Shown here: in pieces, positions 1 through 10,284 of the stretch
How positions within the stretch are numbered: the stretch's first letter is position 1
Layout: the number at the start of each line of letters is the position of its first letter
Virus record (IMG/VR): IMGVR_UViG_3300009537_000024
Location: 1 to 47,805 of that record
Source of the DNA: a virus
DNA length: 47,805 nt
Reading direction: 5' to 3' (one strand)
Program-made: the position numbers and the translations under genes
The notes under the pieces: model-generated
The model's input: only the letters and a program-made list of their open reading frames with translations
The model's database searches: none
What the model was told of the DNA's origin: nothing

Positions 1-99
1 AAACATCACATGCTACAACCAGACCCTGCATCAGATGGTGGAGGGCTTCTATAACAACGCCGCTTTCGCAGTCAATCAATACAAGGCAATTTATGGCTG
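1..99. repeat. Terminal direct repeat (circular closure / assembly overlap)
   Basis: Bases 1-99 are identical to 47707-47805; the unique unit is 47,706 bp. Confidence 0.95.
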
Positions 100-1357
100 T
101 CAGTGTGTCCCTACCACGAATGCCACGGAGGCTACGCGCCTTTTCCTGTTCAGGGGCAATCAGGTTACAGCCATTCCACACTCCACGCAGCAGGTCAGCT
201 ACGCGCCGCTGGTCATTACATGGTATCAAAGCCGGCTCTGGAAAGCCAACGACCAAGTCAGCGGCGACGGGCATGACCTCGCTTGGAGCGAGCTTGACGA
301 TGGACTGACCTTCTCGCCCGCGAACAACATTGGGGTAGAACCCGGCATCGGGGGGCGCATTACCGGCCTGTGGCCTGTGCGCAGCACGGTGCCGCAGCTG
401 GTCGTGTTCAAGGAGAACGCGATCCACCGCTTCAAACCCCGGTGGGGCAGCAGCTCGGCTTTCATCCCCGGCGCGGGCGACGAGCTGGACACGCTCACGT
501 CGAGCGTCGAACCGATCAGTATCGGCGTGGGCTGCGTCGCCACCCGCTCGATCGTGGGCACCCCCGGATTCCGAGGCGGCGACGTCATTTACTTGGCCCG
601 AGACGGCATTCGGTCGCTCGCTCGCGCACAGGACGACAGCCTGGTGGGCGTCAGCGAGCGCCTGTCGGAGTCGATTCCGGACTGGATCAAGCGCATCAAC
701 TTCGAGGCGGCCGGCCGAGCGGTGGCCGCGCTGCACGGCAACGCTTACCACCTGGCGGTTCCTATGGACGGGGACACGGACAACAGTCACGTCCTTCGCA
801 TGGAACTGGAGACAGGTGCTTGGTCCCTCCACACGTGGGAGGCGCGCGACCTCCATAGCGTGCCGATTCAGGAAGAGGACCGTCTGTACGTGCAATACAA
901 CACGGCTTTCACAGAGGAGTCTACGCATACCGGGCTGCCGCACGTGCCTGTGTTTCACCTGTATCGGGCCTATCATCAAGATCGAGACCCTGGCTTTACG
1001 ACTATTGCTTATGAGCTGCAAACGCGCGCCCATGTGTTCGGAACGGCGCGGCAGGAGAAGGCGTTTGACCGTGCCTTATTTGTAGGTACCACGGACACCA
1101 ATGAAACACATCGTATGAGGGTTTCGTACAGTGTGGATTTCGGTGACTGGACAACCCTGGCGTCGCTCTTTATCTTGTCTGCTCCCGTGGGGGGCACCAA
1201 GCTTATTCAACGGCGTTTCAGCCTTCGGGACATTCCCACAGGTACGATGGTACGCTTCCGTCTTACAAGCGGTGGCTCCGATTCCGCACAGCCCCAGATC
1301 TACTACATGGACGTGAGTGCCACGCCGATGCAGGAGATCTACGACAACAGCCGCTGA
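1..1357 (+). CDS. Virion structural protein, putative tail nozzle (tubular-B-like); 3' part of the junction-spanning gene that starts at 47402
   Basis: The frame of ORF 35..1357 stays open upstream through the repeat. Joined gene 47402..47706+1..1357 = 553 aa. It lies just before the internal-virion genes, as in T7-like order. Function is positional only. Confidence 0.6.
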   Translation, partial: NITCYNQTLHQMVEGFYNNAAFAVNQYKAIYGCQCVPTTNATEATRLFLFRGNQVTAIPHSTQQVSYAPLVITWYQSRLWKANDQVSGDGHDLAWSELDDGLTFSPANNIGVEPGIGGRITGLWPVRSTVPQLVVFKENAIHRFKPRWGSSSAFIPGAGDELDTLTSSVEPISIGVGCVATRSIVGTPGFRGGDVIYLARDGIRSLARAQDDSLVGVSERLSESIPDWIKRINFEAAGRAVAALHGNAYHLAVPMDGDTDNSHVLRMELETGAWSLHTWEARDLHSVPIQEEDRLYVQYNTAFTEESTHTGLPHVPVFHLYRAYHQDRDPGFTTIAYELQTRAHVFGTARQEKAFDRALFVGTTDTNETHRMRVSYSVDFGDWTTLASLFILSAPVGGTKLIQRRFSLRDIPTGTMVRFRLTSGGSDSAQPQIYYMDVSATPMQEIYDNSR

Positions 1358-1367
1358 GAGAAAAACC

Positions 1368-2189
1368 ATGGCAAGTTTTGGTGATGTAGCAGTAGGGACG
1401 GGCCTGGGCGCTCTGTCGCAGGGTGCTTTTGCGCCTCTTGTGGGCGCTTTTGCCGCCTCTGACGCGGCAGAAACGGAAGCTATTCGCTTCCGTCGCTTCC
1501 GTGAGCAGCAGCAACAGGGTATTCATGCGACTATTAAGCAGGCCGATGCTGCCGGTCAAAGTGTTTCGCAGTCGCCTTTGGCGCGCGAAGCAAAAAACTT
1601 TCTGTTTGATACCTTTCGTCGGGATATGCCAATAGGGGCTGCCGACCAGAGCAATCAGCTGGCCCAGCAATTGCGCGTTGCCCAAGAATCGCGGGGCCTG
1701 CGCCGTTCCACGTCAAGTGCAGTGGCCGAGGCTACGAGCCTGGCTGCGTTCAACTCGCAGTTGGCATTTCAGCAGCAGCAGTTTCAGGCGAGCCTGCTCC
1801 CCGCAGTAGAGCAATTCGCCACACTGGCGGAAAGAACACGCAATGTGCGTATGGGTACCGACTTAGGCGCGCAGATTGGGTTCTACACCGGCGCACCCAT
1901 ACCCGGTATTTCACAACACAACGCACTTATTGGCGGACAAGGCGGTACCTCCGCGGCAATCGAAGCGGGTAGCGCTGGCCAGGCCGCGTTCACCTCGAAT
2001 TTCATGAATATGTTTGGCATGGTTGGCGGTGGCGGCATGGGTGGTATGGGTGGCGGCATGGGTGGCGGCATGGGTGGTATGGGGGGCATGGGTAAAATGG
2101 GCGGCGCAGCCGGCCCACAAAGCGGGCTATTCTCCATACCCAAGGGTCAGACCGGTTTCAGTTCTGGCGGAATGTTCGCACAGACGTAA
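1368..2189 (+). CDS. Internal virion/ejection protein with C-terminal Gly-Met repeat tail
   Basis: ATG at 1368 (M18 of ORF 1317..2189), 273 aa. Gln-rich, ending in GGGGMGGMGGGMGGGMGGMGGMGKMGG. Position matches the small internal core protein of podoviruses. Confidence 0.6.
   Translation: MASFGDVAVGTGLGALSQGAFAPLVGAFAASDAAETEAIRFRRFREQQQQGIHATIKQADAAGQSVSQSPLAREAKNFLFDTFRRDMPIGAADQSNQLAQQLRVAQESRGLRRSTSSAVAEATSLAAFNSQLAFQQQQFQASLLPAVEQFATLAERTRNVRMGTDLGAQIGFYTGAPIPGISQHNALIGGQGGTSAAIEAGSAGQAAFTSNFMNMFGMVGGGGMGGMGGGMGGGMGGMGGMGKMGGAAGPQSGLFSIPKGQTGFSSGGMFAQT
2025..2105 (+). repeat. Coding microsatellite (ggc/ggt-atg units) encoding the (G2-3M)n tail
   Basis: ggcatgggtggtatgggtggcggcatgggtggcggcatgggtggtatggggggcatgggtaaaatgggc. 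Confidence 0.8.
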
Positions 2190-2197
2190 GGTAGAAT

Positions 2198-3325
2198 ATG
2201 GCCAGCGAAATCTCGCAGATTCTGCTGCAGGGCGCACAACTGATTGGTAATACCATTCAGTCGCAGCAGCAGCTATTTCAGCAACGCCAAAAACTCGCCG
2301 CGGATGTCGGGCAGGCCGAAGCTGCCCTGAGTCTCGAAAAGCGCAAACTGGAACTGCAGCAAGAGAACGATGAACTTGCGCGCCAGCTGGAGGAGCGGCG
2401 CGTCGAGGTGTCCGAGCGCAACGCTGCCGTGTCCGAGGGCAACCTAAATCTCGCCCAAGAAGGCAGGGCGCTCAGGGAAGCGCTTGACCGCGCCCGGCTG
2501 CGTGAGTTCAGCGCCAACGCCACGCTGGCCGAGCAGAGAGCGCGCAGTACCGGCGAGCCCCTTGACCTTACCACTGCGGGTGGGCGCGAGGCGAACCGTG
2601 TGCTGCAGCAGTACATCGAGGCCGAGGTCGACGCTAACCCCAAATGGATCGAGAGCGCGGGCGTCGACCCCCGCATTGCGGCGCGGCTGCGTGGGCAGTC
2701 GAACGACACAGTGCGCGACGAGCTGAAGTTCCTTAGCGAGCGCGCGCAGTCTCTCCAGACCGGCCTCGCCACCGGGCAGCCGGGCCTGACGCAGCGCCAG
2801 GTCGACGATGTCATCGCGCAGCGCGACGAAATCTTCAAGTACCTCGGCGCTCGGACCACGATCGTCAACCAGGCGCTGGCCGGGCAGGGCGAAGCAAGCG
2901 AGATCATCGGCAAGGCCCGCCAGCGCATGCTTGAAGTAACGAACATGCGTCCCGGCGGCGTGAACGACCGCGCCGCTGCACTGGCCGAGTCCATCTCTGC
3001 GTTCGCCGCGGGCGACGAGCCGTCCCCACTCGCCGCGCTACAGTCCGCACTCAACCCCGAGGTCGACCCGGCGGTGGCCGCGCCGCGCATCAAGAGCACG
3101 CTGCTGTCGGACCCGACCGCAGAAGGCGCGGCTCAGCTGATCGCGGAGGAGTGGGACGCGCTGCTGCGCCCCTTCAATGACAAGGCTGGTTTCCTGGCCG
3201 CACTGCAGGAGCTGCGGGTGTACGCGAAGTACATCAACCCCAGCATCGATTTCAATTCCGCCTATGCCCCCGTCATTTCCGAGCTGGCTCGTCGGCGCGG
3301 GCTTACTAAGAAAACGACACGCTAA
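2198..3325 (+). CDS. Coiled-coil internal virion protein
   Basis: 375-aa ORF rich in Q/E/R/L/A heptad-like sequence. Its stop overlaps the next start (TAATG). Function is positional. Confidence 0.6.
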   Translation: MASEISQILLQGAQLIGNTIQSQQQLFQQRQKLAADVGQAEAALSLEKRKLELQQENDELARQLEERRVEVSERNAAVSEGNLNLAQEGRALREALDRARLREFSANATLAEQRARSTGEPLDLTTAGGREANRVLQQYIEAEVDANPKWIESAGVDPRIAARLRGQSNDTVRDELKFLSERAQSLQTGLATGQPGLTQRQVDDVIAQRDEIFKYLGARTTIVNQALAGQGEASEIIGKARQRMLEVTNMRPGGVNDRAAALAESISAFAAGDEPSPLAALQSALNPEVDPAVAAPRIKSTLLSDPTAEGAAQLIAEEWDALLRPFNDKAGFLAALQELRVYAKYINPSIDFNSAYAPVISELARRRGLTKKTTR

Positions 3326-6300
3326 TGCCCGATCCACTCGAAGCCCTCGTCGACCAGGCGCTGGGCTCCTCGCCCGAAGATCCCCTGTCGCGGCTCGTAG
3401 ACAACGCTGTTGGCGCCCCCGATCCGTCGTCGCTCAACGGCTACGACGAGCGCGTGTCGGGCACGATCGCCACGGACAAGGCCCTTGGCGATTCCCAGGC
3501 CACCGTGCCCGAGCTGCCTGAGGACATGCTGTCCCGCACAGCGTCCGAGGTCTATCCTCCCTCAGTGGGCGAAGCCGTGGTCGAGGCTGGCAAGCGTGGG
3601 CTGACGCTGAAGTACGCGGGCGGACTCTTCGAGGACATCGAGAGCGCCGCGCAACTGTCCGCCCAGGCTTTCATCGCGAGCACGGGCGGCAGCAAGCGCA
3701 ACGTGGACGACCCTACGTACCGTAAACTTATTGCCGCGTATCGGTGGATTCACACCAACACACAGAGCGAAATGGCGGACGAGGAGAAGACGTCCGTGCT
3801 CCAGGCCACGGGTGGTCAGGCTTTCGACATCGCCCTGGACCGCGGTATGGGCCGACTCACGGACCTGGACCAGCGCCTGGAGGACCCGAACCTTGGCGTG
3901 CTGGAGCGCAACCGTGCCGAAGCCGAGCGCGAGCAGCTGCACGTAGCCCTCGCACAGATCCAGGGCTGGCGTAGTCGGCTCGCGGAGGGGGACGCGCCGA
4001 CGATGAGCAAGGTGCGCACATTTCTCAAGAGTGCTATTCGGCAGGACGACCAGAGTGGTGAGCAGGACAGCCTGTCCGTGCGCCAACTGAATGACGTGCT
4101 GCTGCCGAAGACGGTGAGCGCCGTGCCCGACCTTAACTTGGGCGCGCGCTACCAGGCCGGACGAGAGTCCGCGCCTTTGCAGCACGCCATGCACACGCTC
4201 TTGTCTGGAGCGGACAACCCGCGCGGCGCTGAACAAGTGCTGCGCCTCTCCGCACAGTCCGCCCTCCAGCGCGTACGGGCCGCCCGCTTCGGTGTCACGC
4301 CCGACGACGTGGACGCCATGGGCGACAGCGCGCTGTTGTTCAAGACGTACCCGCAGCTCGCGCAGAACGCGATCGTGCAGGCAACGTCCCAGCTCCCGTC
4401 CGACGGCATCTCTGCAGACGCAGTCGAGGCGGGGCGCACTGCGACGCTGCCGTCCGGTGTCGTGCGGGACATCCTACGTAACGTAGACACCGCGGCTGAG
4501 AAGCTGGCACGCTACGATGCCGGCCAGGCGCCGGTGGAAATGGACCCTATCGCGCGCGCAGTGGATGAGGCCGGCGGTGCAGCGGCGCGCGGCATCGGCG
4601 AGATGTTCATGGGTGCGGCCAACCTCAGCGACCGCGCCATGAAGGCGATCACCGCCACGCGCCGCAACACGACGCAGGCGTACGGCTGGTCGCTGAAGCC
4701 CTGGGAGCTGGCGCCCATCGACCGCGAGCGCGTCCGCCAAGGTATCGCGAACGGCGAGGTCGACGTCGGCGCAGCCATGCGCGTTGCCGGCATGGAGGAC
4801 GATTGGGTTGCGGGCTGGGTGCTCACCGCCGAACACCTGGGCACAAAACTTACATCAGCAGTCGATCAGTTGACTACTGTCGGTGGCCCCGACCTGCCGA
4901 GCCTCAGCAGCAGCATCGCCCAAGAGCGCGTCGGGAAGTTCCTGAAAGGTCTCGAAGAGTCCAAAGAGCCGGACACGCTCGGCATCGGCAAGATCGTCGC
5001 CGAGAAGCTGCAGGGCCTACCTGAGAGCGCCCTGACGCCCGACACTATGCGCACCGTACTCAACGCGGTGCAGACAGAACTCATTCACCGCAACCCGGTG
5101 GTCGAAGAGATCCGGGACCTGGACAAGCAGTACTTCGCCGACGCTGCGCGCGCCCAGAAGGGTGATTCCTTTCTGGAGCAGCTGTACACGACCACGAAGG
5201 CTGCCCTGTTCCGCGCTGTGGTCACGGACACCGCCGAGATCATGACGCTGCTTGCTGACAGCCCATCGCGTGCGCCGGCATTGGGCGCAATCGCGGTCGG
5301 GGCGAACGCAATCGGTGGGCGCGTCTTCGGAAACATCCATGACGGGCTGAACCGTGGCCTCGCCTCGATCACGGAGCGTGGACGTCTCCGCCGCGCCCTC
5401 AAGGACCTGAGCTACTTTGACTCGCAGGCCGCCGAGAACGTGGCGCGCGCGTTCCAGAACCACCCGGTGGCCGGGCTCACCGACACGAAGAACCGGGCGA
5501 TCTCGACCGTGGCGCAGAAGCTCGCGGACGAGGCGAAGGCTGAGTTGCGCGATGTCGGCCGCATCACGACGCAGGACCACACCATGTTTCAGCGCGGGCG
5601 CCGAAAGAAGGTGCGCGAGCTTGACCGGTTGCTGGCCGCGAACAAGGTCGACCCGGCCGACGCCCTCGACATTATGGGCATGCCGGAAGAACTCATACGG
5701 GACATACAGTCCCCTGTCCGCGCGCAGTTCCTCAACGACGTGGTCACGGGAGTGCTCGACAAGGTGGGTCTGCGCGGGCACTCCCTGTCCCCCTTCGCGG
5801 CAGCGCGCACACGGTCGAACGTCTTCAAGCAGATCAACGACTTGATCGACCAGGGCGCGGACCTCTCCCAGGTCCAAGGCATCATGGCGCCGCTTGTCGG
5901 CACCCAGGACGGATACCGCAACTGGTTCCGCGCCATGAAGGACAAGGCGATTGGCCCGCGCATCGACTGGGAGAAGACGAGCCTCACCGCCGCGGCTGCG
6001 CAGTGGGCCAAGGAGGCAGCGCCCGCGGTCACCGCACTGCGCGACTACAACGTGCTCATCCAGGGCCGGCAGCACGACCTGCTCGACCTCGCCATGCGCC
6101 GGCTCGACAACGACGAGGCTGTGCTACGCCAGTTCCCGAACCTGGAGCCGGGCATCGACAAGCAATTGCGACGCATCGAGCGCAACCGGGAACTGCTGGG
6201 CACCGCACTGGAGGAGGTGCAGTCGCGCGGCTGGCGCGAGTCGGTGCGCCTGTCCGGCCACGACTCGCTGCTCGACACTCTCACGTTCACGGATCTACGC

Positions 6301-9300
6301 ACCTGGTGGGAGGCGTCCCAAGGCGCGGGTGCGCGGCACCAGCTCTGGACGTCGCACAAGGGCGCGCGCAACGCGGACGGCACACTCATTCCGCCGCGCG
6401 AGTTCTTCGAGCAGATGGACGAGATCGCACGCATTGAGGAGTCCGCCTTGAGCGGAGCCCTCACGGGCAAGGAGCGGAAGAAGGCGCTCCGGTTTGTTGG
6501 TCGACAGAAGCGCGAGTTTGTGCGCACGCTGTTCGACCGCGAGATTCCCGAGAAGTTTCTGCAGTCGGGCGACGAGTTCGTGTTTGATCCGCAGTGGATC
6601 AGCAAGGTTGAGGGGCGGCGTGCGGATCTGGAGAGTAGGATCGCACGCGCGGAAGACCCCGGCGAGGCGGCAGCCCTGGCCGAGCGGCGCGACCGGCTGC
6701 CGAAGGTCGTCAAGCAAGATCTGCCCACCCAGATCGCACGCGCCCAGGAGTTGGCACAGACCATCGCCGCGCAAGACTTCGACGCCGTAGCGGGCAAGAT
6801 GAACGGCTGGGACTTCACCCGCCCGGCCGACGTCGCGGAGCACATGCGCCAACTGGCGATCTCTTCGCGCGGCAAGCTCGTGGCGCAAATGCTCAAGGCG
6901 CAGCACTTCTTCGAGGAGTACCACAGGCTGACGCCACAGTTGCGCGACGCCTTCGATGACATGCTTGGCAAGGCGGGGCGCGGCGAGTACCGCAGCTGGC
7001 AAGACTTCTTCGAGGAGCACCCGGACCTGCGCACCCGCTTTGGCGAGGGCGGCGAGGCCGAGAGCATGGGGCGCGCGTTCGAGAACATGGAGGGCGTGCG
7101 CATGGATCTGGTGACCGAGCTGCACCGGCTCGGTCGGATCTCGGACGAGGCGTATGAGAACTACGCGCGCCCGTATTCGCCGCAGTTCTACTCCGCCGAA
7201 GAGTTCCCTCGCCTGCTCGGCCGGGCAGCTCGTAGGCGGGTAGAGAAGCAGATCAAGAAGGGGCGCTCCGACTTCGACCCGTCTGTGCAAGAGTCCGACG
7301 CCTTCGAGCTGCAGCGCGACATCTACCAGACACGCCTACTGATCCAGCAGCGCGGCAGCGAGTGGATCGACAAGCGCTTCGACAGCCGCATGGAGGCGCA
7401 CCGCTACGTCGCCGACCACTACGGCCTGCGCACGAAGTCTGCCAAGCCGCTCGAAGGTACGTCTGGCATCGAGGCCCGCACCGGGCTCGGTGACCGCTAC
7501 GTTGTGCTCGATCCGCTCGGCGAAGACCACGCCGCGCAGCTGGGCCTCATAGGCCGAGGTGCCGCGCTGGGCGCGCGGACGATCGACCTGATGCGCATGG
7601 TCCCGATCTGGCAGGTACACAAGGCGTTCGATCGCCCCGGCTTCATGATGACGCAGGCCGAGTGGAACCTTGCCCAGCGCACTCCGGCCGGGAAGCGCAT
7701 GACCCGCGACTTCATCGAGATCCCCAAGAAGAGCAGCCTCTTCGAGCCGATCGCCGGCAAGTACGTGCACAAGGACGTGGCGCTGAACATCCAGCGCGCG
7801 CTACACATGCAGAAGATGGCCGACGACATGGCACGCGAGTTCACCGAGGCCGCGATCACGGACGTGCCCGGCTGGGCCGGCGGGCTCTCGAAGGTGGCGT
7901 CGTGGCTGCAGGACCGCACGGTCTCGATCCGGCAACTCATCGGCACGAACGGGATCGAGCGCTTCGGGCGCACGCACATGATGAACCGCGTGACGGACTC
8001 GCAGCTCTTCGCCCCTGCCGCCGCCGGGCGCAGCTACCTGACCAGCCCGAAGGGCAAGCAGGCGCAGCGCTGGGCGCGGCAGTTCCTCCTTGGGCGCGAG
8101 GGCGGCAAGGGCGGCATCATGGAGAGCTTCAACGCCACGAAGAGTCTCGCGCGCGAACTCGACAAGCTGAAGCAGACGGACCCGCAGCTTGGGCAGTGGG
8201 TCGAGGACGCGGCGCGCGGTGGCATGCTCGGTGACAGCATGCTCGGCACCAACCCCGTGTCCGCCGACGCCTACAAGTCCATGACGGAAGCCTTCTTTGG
8301 CGAGAGCGCCGAGGGCATTATCCGGGGCACCTCAGCGGAGGCAAAGGGGGCGCCAGCCCGACGGGCCGCGCGCTTGGCCCGCGTCGAGAGCGACCTTGAC
8401 GGTCTGGCCGAGCAGATCAAAGGCTTGACGGCCAGCGACCCGAACTTCACGAAGCTGAACAATCTCGCGTCCCGCCTCGAAGGCGAGAAGTACGCGCTGC
8501 AGGCCGCGATCGACGCGGAGCCCACCAAGTTTCACCGGCGCCTCGACGAAGCTGTGGGCTGGCTCCTCGGTACGCGCAACAAGCGCGGCACGTTCGACGA
8601 GTACCGCAACTACACGCACTCGTTGTATCAGCGCGAGGGCAACATTCACCGACTGGGTGCGTACCTCCACATAAGGCAGCTGGGCCACAGCCACGAGTAC
8701 GCGATCAGCCGCGTGCGCACCTTCATGCAGGACTACTCGAACATCCGCGGCGCGTTCAGCTTGCTGCGCGACATCCCGGTGGCGAACCCGATCCTGTCGT
8801 TCCCCTTGGAGATGATCCGCATCCAGCTCAACCAATTGCGGCAGTCGCCGGGAATGCTGCTGGGGTGGCTCACTGCCGCACCGATGCTGTCCGCGCCCGC
8901 GCTGATGATGGATGGCATCGACCCGATCGAGTACTACAAGGCGCGCGGACAGGGCAGCACATGGGACGCAGTCGTGCACGCCACGAGCACGCTCGTCACG
9001 CCCTCGGTCACAGGCGACGGAGTGGACGAGTGGCAGGCGCCCCAGCTCGGCGCGCTGCAGTTGCTGCGCAAGTCAACGGGCCTGGAGGGCGCACTCACGA
9101 GACGCACCGAAGAAGTGCCGGGGCCGGCGGGCCTGCTCGGCGGAGCGGCCCTGCGCGTTGCCGGGCAGTTCACCGGCAACCCGGCCATGGACGCGCTGTA
9201 CACCATGACCACCGACCAGGACGCTGTCACGCACGAGAAGATCGGCGGTGGCTTCTTCGGCGCGGTGGGGCACTCGGTCATGGAACTGTCGCGCCTGATT

Positions 9301-10284
9301 GTGCCCGGCTCCAGCCCCTGGTTCGGCTCGGTCGGGCGCACGAACGTGGACGGCCTGCGCTACCCGCCGCGTCCAGGTACGGGCCGGCTCGACCCGCCGA
9401 TCGGGCGCCTGCTGTACTCGCTCACGGGCATTCGACACACCGGCAGTGCGCTGGACTACGCGGACATTGTCTCGGGCGAGCCGCTGGCGTACTCGACCAA
9501 GCTCGCGCTCGACGCCATGAACATCGCCTCGCTCGACGACATGCCGGTGCCCGAGACCTTGGCGCGCGGGCGATCGATCTCGGACGAGGACCTGTCCGTG
9601 TGGATGTTCTACGCGAATCGAAAGAACGGGCTGTACCCGGAAGGCTTCGGTCGCGGCCAGTTCGAGCACCTGGAGGAGCGCATGAGCCTCGCCGGCTACA
9701 TGGAGGCGCACGGCGAAAAAACGGGCGACTCGGCGCTGGTCGGCTGGGCACAACGCGAGAGGGCCAAGACCGTCAAGCAGCTCGAAAAGGAGCTGAACGC
9801 GCACCCGCAGTTCCGGGTCGTGGGCGTGTCCGAGGAGGTCCTGCGACGCGAGGGCGAGAAGCTGCTCAAGGGCGAGGCGGACCGCGCCAACTTCGGCGAG
9901 ACCTTTGCCGAGGCCGACCTGATCCACCAAGTCACGTCGCTGCTGACCATGAGCGCGGCCGGGATCAAGGACGACGTCATGGTACACCTGGCCCGCAAGG
10001 CCGCAATGCAGACGGGCAACGACCCGGAGGGCTTCCGCGGGTGGTCCGACCCGGCCGTCATGGAGGTCGCGCTGCAGCACATCCGCCAGCACTTCGAGAC
10101 GAAGGACCCGCGAATGACCGGCGACCGCGCACTGCGGATCTTGCAGTACGCGCTCACCGAACAGCTCCCTGGCGCCTACGAGGACAGGTCGCGCAAGATC
10201 CTACAGGACCAGGAAAGCATCGAGCGGTTCAAACGCTACCGCGAACTCAAGCACGGCGAGCAGGAGGGCGAATTTGACGACTGA
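3325..10284 (+). CDS. Giant internal virion / ejection protein (2319 aa)
   Basis: Uninterrupted 6.96-kb ORF, last gene of the virion arm, in the gp16-like position. I saw no polymerase, HExxH or lysozyme motif. Confidence 0.7.
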   Translation: MPDPLEALVDQALGSSPEDPLSRLVDNAVGAPDPSSLNGYDERVSGTIATDKALGDSQATVPELPEDMLSRTASEVYPPSVGEAVVEAGKRGLTLKYAGGLFEDIESAAQLSAQAFIASTGGSKRNVDDPTYRKLIAAYRWIHTNTQSEMADEEKTSVLQATGGQAFDIALDRGMGRLTDLDQRLEDPNLGVLERNRAEAEREQLHVALAQIQGWRSRLAEGDAPTMSKVRTFLKSAIRQDDQSGEQDSLSVRQLNDVLLPKTVSAVPDLNLGARYQAGRESAPLQHAMHTLLSGADNPRGAEQVLRLSAQSALQRVRAARFGVTPDDVDAMGDSALLFKTYPQLAQNAIVQATSQLPSDGISADAVEAGRTATLPSGVVRDILRNVDTAAEKLARYDAGQAPVEMDPIARAVDEAGGAAARGIGEMFMGAANLSDRAMKAITATRRNTTQAYGWSLKPWELAPIDRERVRQGIANGEVDVGAAMRVAGMEDDWVAGWVLTAEHLGTKLTSAVDQLTTVGGPDLPSLSSSIAQERVGKFLKGLEESKEPDTLGIGKIVAEKLQGLPESALTPDTMRTVLNAVQTELIHRNPVVEEIRDLDKQYFADAARAQKGDSFLEQLYTTTKAALFRAVVTDTAEIMTLLADSPSRAPALGAIAVGANAIGGRVFGNIHDGLNRGLASITERGRLRRALKDLSYFDSQAAENVARAFQNHPVAGLTDTKNRAISTVAQKLADEAKAELRDVGRITTQDHTMFQRGRRKKVRELDRLLAANKVDPADALDIMGMPEELIRDIQSPVRAQFLNDVVTGVLDKVGLRGHSLSPFAAARTRSNVFKQINDLIDQGADLSQVQGIMAPLVGTQDGYRNWFRAMKDKAIGPRIDWEKTSLTAAAAQWAKEAAPAVTALRDYNVLIQGRQHDLLDLAMRRLDNDEAVLRQFPNLEPGIDKQLRRIERNRELLGTALEEVQSRGWRESVRLSGHDSLLDTLTFTDLRTWWEASQGAGARHQLWTSHKGARNADGTLIPPREFFEQMDEIARIEESALSGALTGKERKKALRFVGRQKREFVRTLFDREIPEKFLQSGDEFVFDPQWISKVEGRRADLESRIARAEDPGEAAALAERRDRLPKVVKQDLPTQIARAQELAQTIAAQDFDAVAGKMNGWDFTRPADVAEHMRQLAISSRGKLVAQMLKAQHFFEEYHRLTPQLRDAFDDMLGKAGRGEYRSWQDFFEEHPDLRTRFGEGGEAESMGRAFENMEGVRMDLVTELHRLGRISDEAYENYARPYSPQFYSAEEFPRLLGRAARRRVEKQIKKGRSDFDPSVQESDAFELQRDIYQTRLLIQQRGSEWIDKRFDSRMEAHRYVADHYGLRTKSAKPLEGTSGIEARTGLGDRYVVLDPLGEDHAAQLGLIGRGAALGARTIDLMRMVPIWQVHKAFDRPGFMMTQAEWNLAQRTPAGKRMTRDFIEIPKKSSLFEPIAGKYVHKDVALNIQRALHMQKMADDMAREFTEAAITDVPGWAGGLSKVASWLQDRTVSIRQLIGTNGIERFGRTHMMNRVTDSQLFAPAAAGRSYLTSPKGKQAQRWARQFLLGREGGKGGIMESFNATKSLARELDKLKQTDPQLGQWVEDAARGGMLGDSMLGTNPVSADAYKSMTEAFFGESAEGIIRGTSAEAKGAPARRAARLARVESDLDGLAEQIKGLTASDPNFTKLNNLASRLEGEKYALQAAIDAEPTKFHRRLDEAVGWLLGTRNKRGTFDEYRNYTHSLYQREGNIHRLGAYLHIRQLGHSHEYAISRVRTFMQDYSNIRGAFSLLRDIPVANPILSFPLEMIRIQLNQLRQSPGMLLGWLTAAPMLSAPALMMDGIDPIEYYKARGQGSTWDAVVHATSTLVTPSVTGDGVDEWQAPQLGALQLLRKSTGLEGALTRRTEEVPGPAGLLGGAALRVAGQFTGNPAMDALYTMTTDQDAVTHEKIGGGFFGAVGHSVMELSRLIVPGSSPWFGSVGRTNVDGLRYPPRPGTGRLDPPIGRLLYSLTGIRHTGSALDYADIVSGEPLAYSTKLALDAMNIASLDDMPVPETLARGRSISDEDLSVWMFYANRKNGLYPEGFGRGQFEHLEERMSLAGYMEAHGEKTGDSALVGWAQRERAKTVKQLEKELNAHPQFRVVGVSEEVLRREGEKLLKGEADRANFGETFAEADLIHQVTSLLTMSAAGIKDDVMVHLARKAAMQTGNDPEGFRGWSDPAVMEVALQHIRQHFETKDPRMTGDRALRILQYALTEQLPGAYEDRSRKILQDQESIERFKRYRELKHGEQEGEFDD

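Noticed and set aside
2025-2105. Tandem repeat as a possible CRISPR-like or regulatory array
   Set aside because: The period is 9-12 nt, there are no spacers, and it lies fully in frame within a CDS. It is a coding microsatellite.
5017-7290. Long minus-strand ORFs (352, 352 and 331 aa) inside the giant gene. Similar long antisense ORFs lie at 18034..19083, 24179..25315, 14331..15332, 36899..38203, 39029..40510 and 44004..45584
   Set aside because: They are antisense to genes with clear motifs or strong coding pattern, and their R/A/G/P-rich sequence is typical of open non-coding frames in high-GC DNA. There are no motifs and no sensible starts.
8899-8907. Other CUGAUGA/CUGACGA hammerhead-core strings. 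On the plus strand: about 8900, about 38454, about 40608, about 43096. On the minus strand: about 21008-21014 and about 21150-21156
   Set aside because: All lie inside coding sequence and lack a correctly placed GAAA, the GUC triplet and the three flanking helices.
3325-10284. Virion-packaged N4-like RNA polymerase
   Set aside because: I could not find the R-x3-K-x7-YG motif B or paired catalytic Asp motifs. The size (2319 aa) is also well below N4 vRNAP. This remains unproven either way without profile searches.
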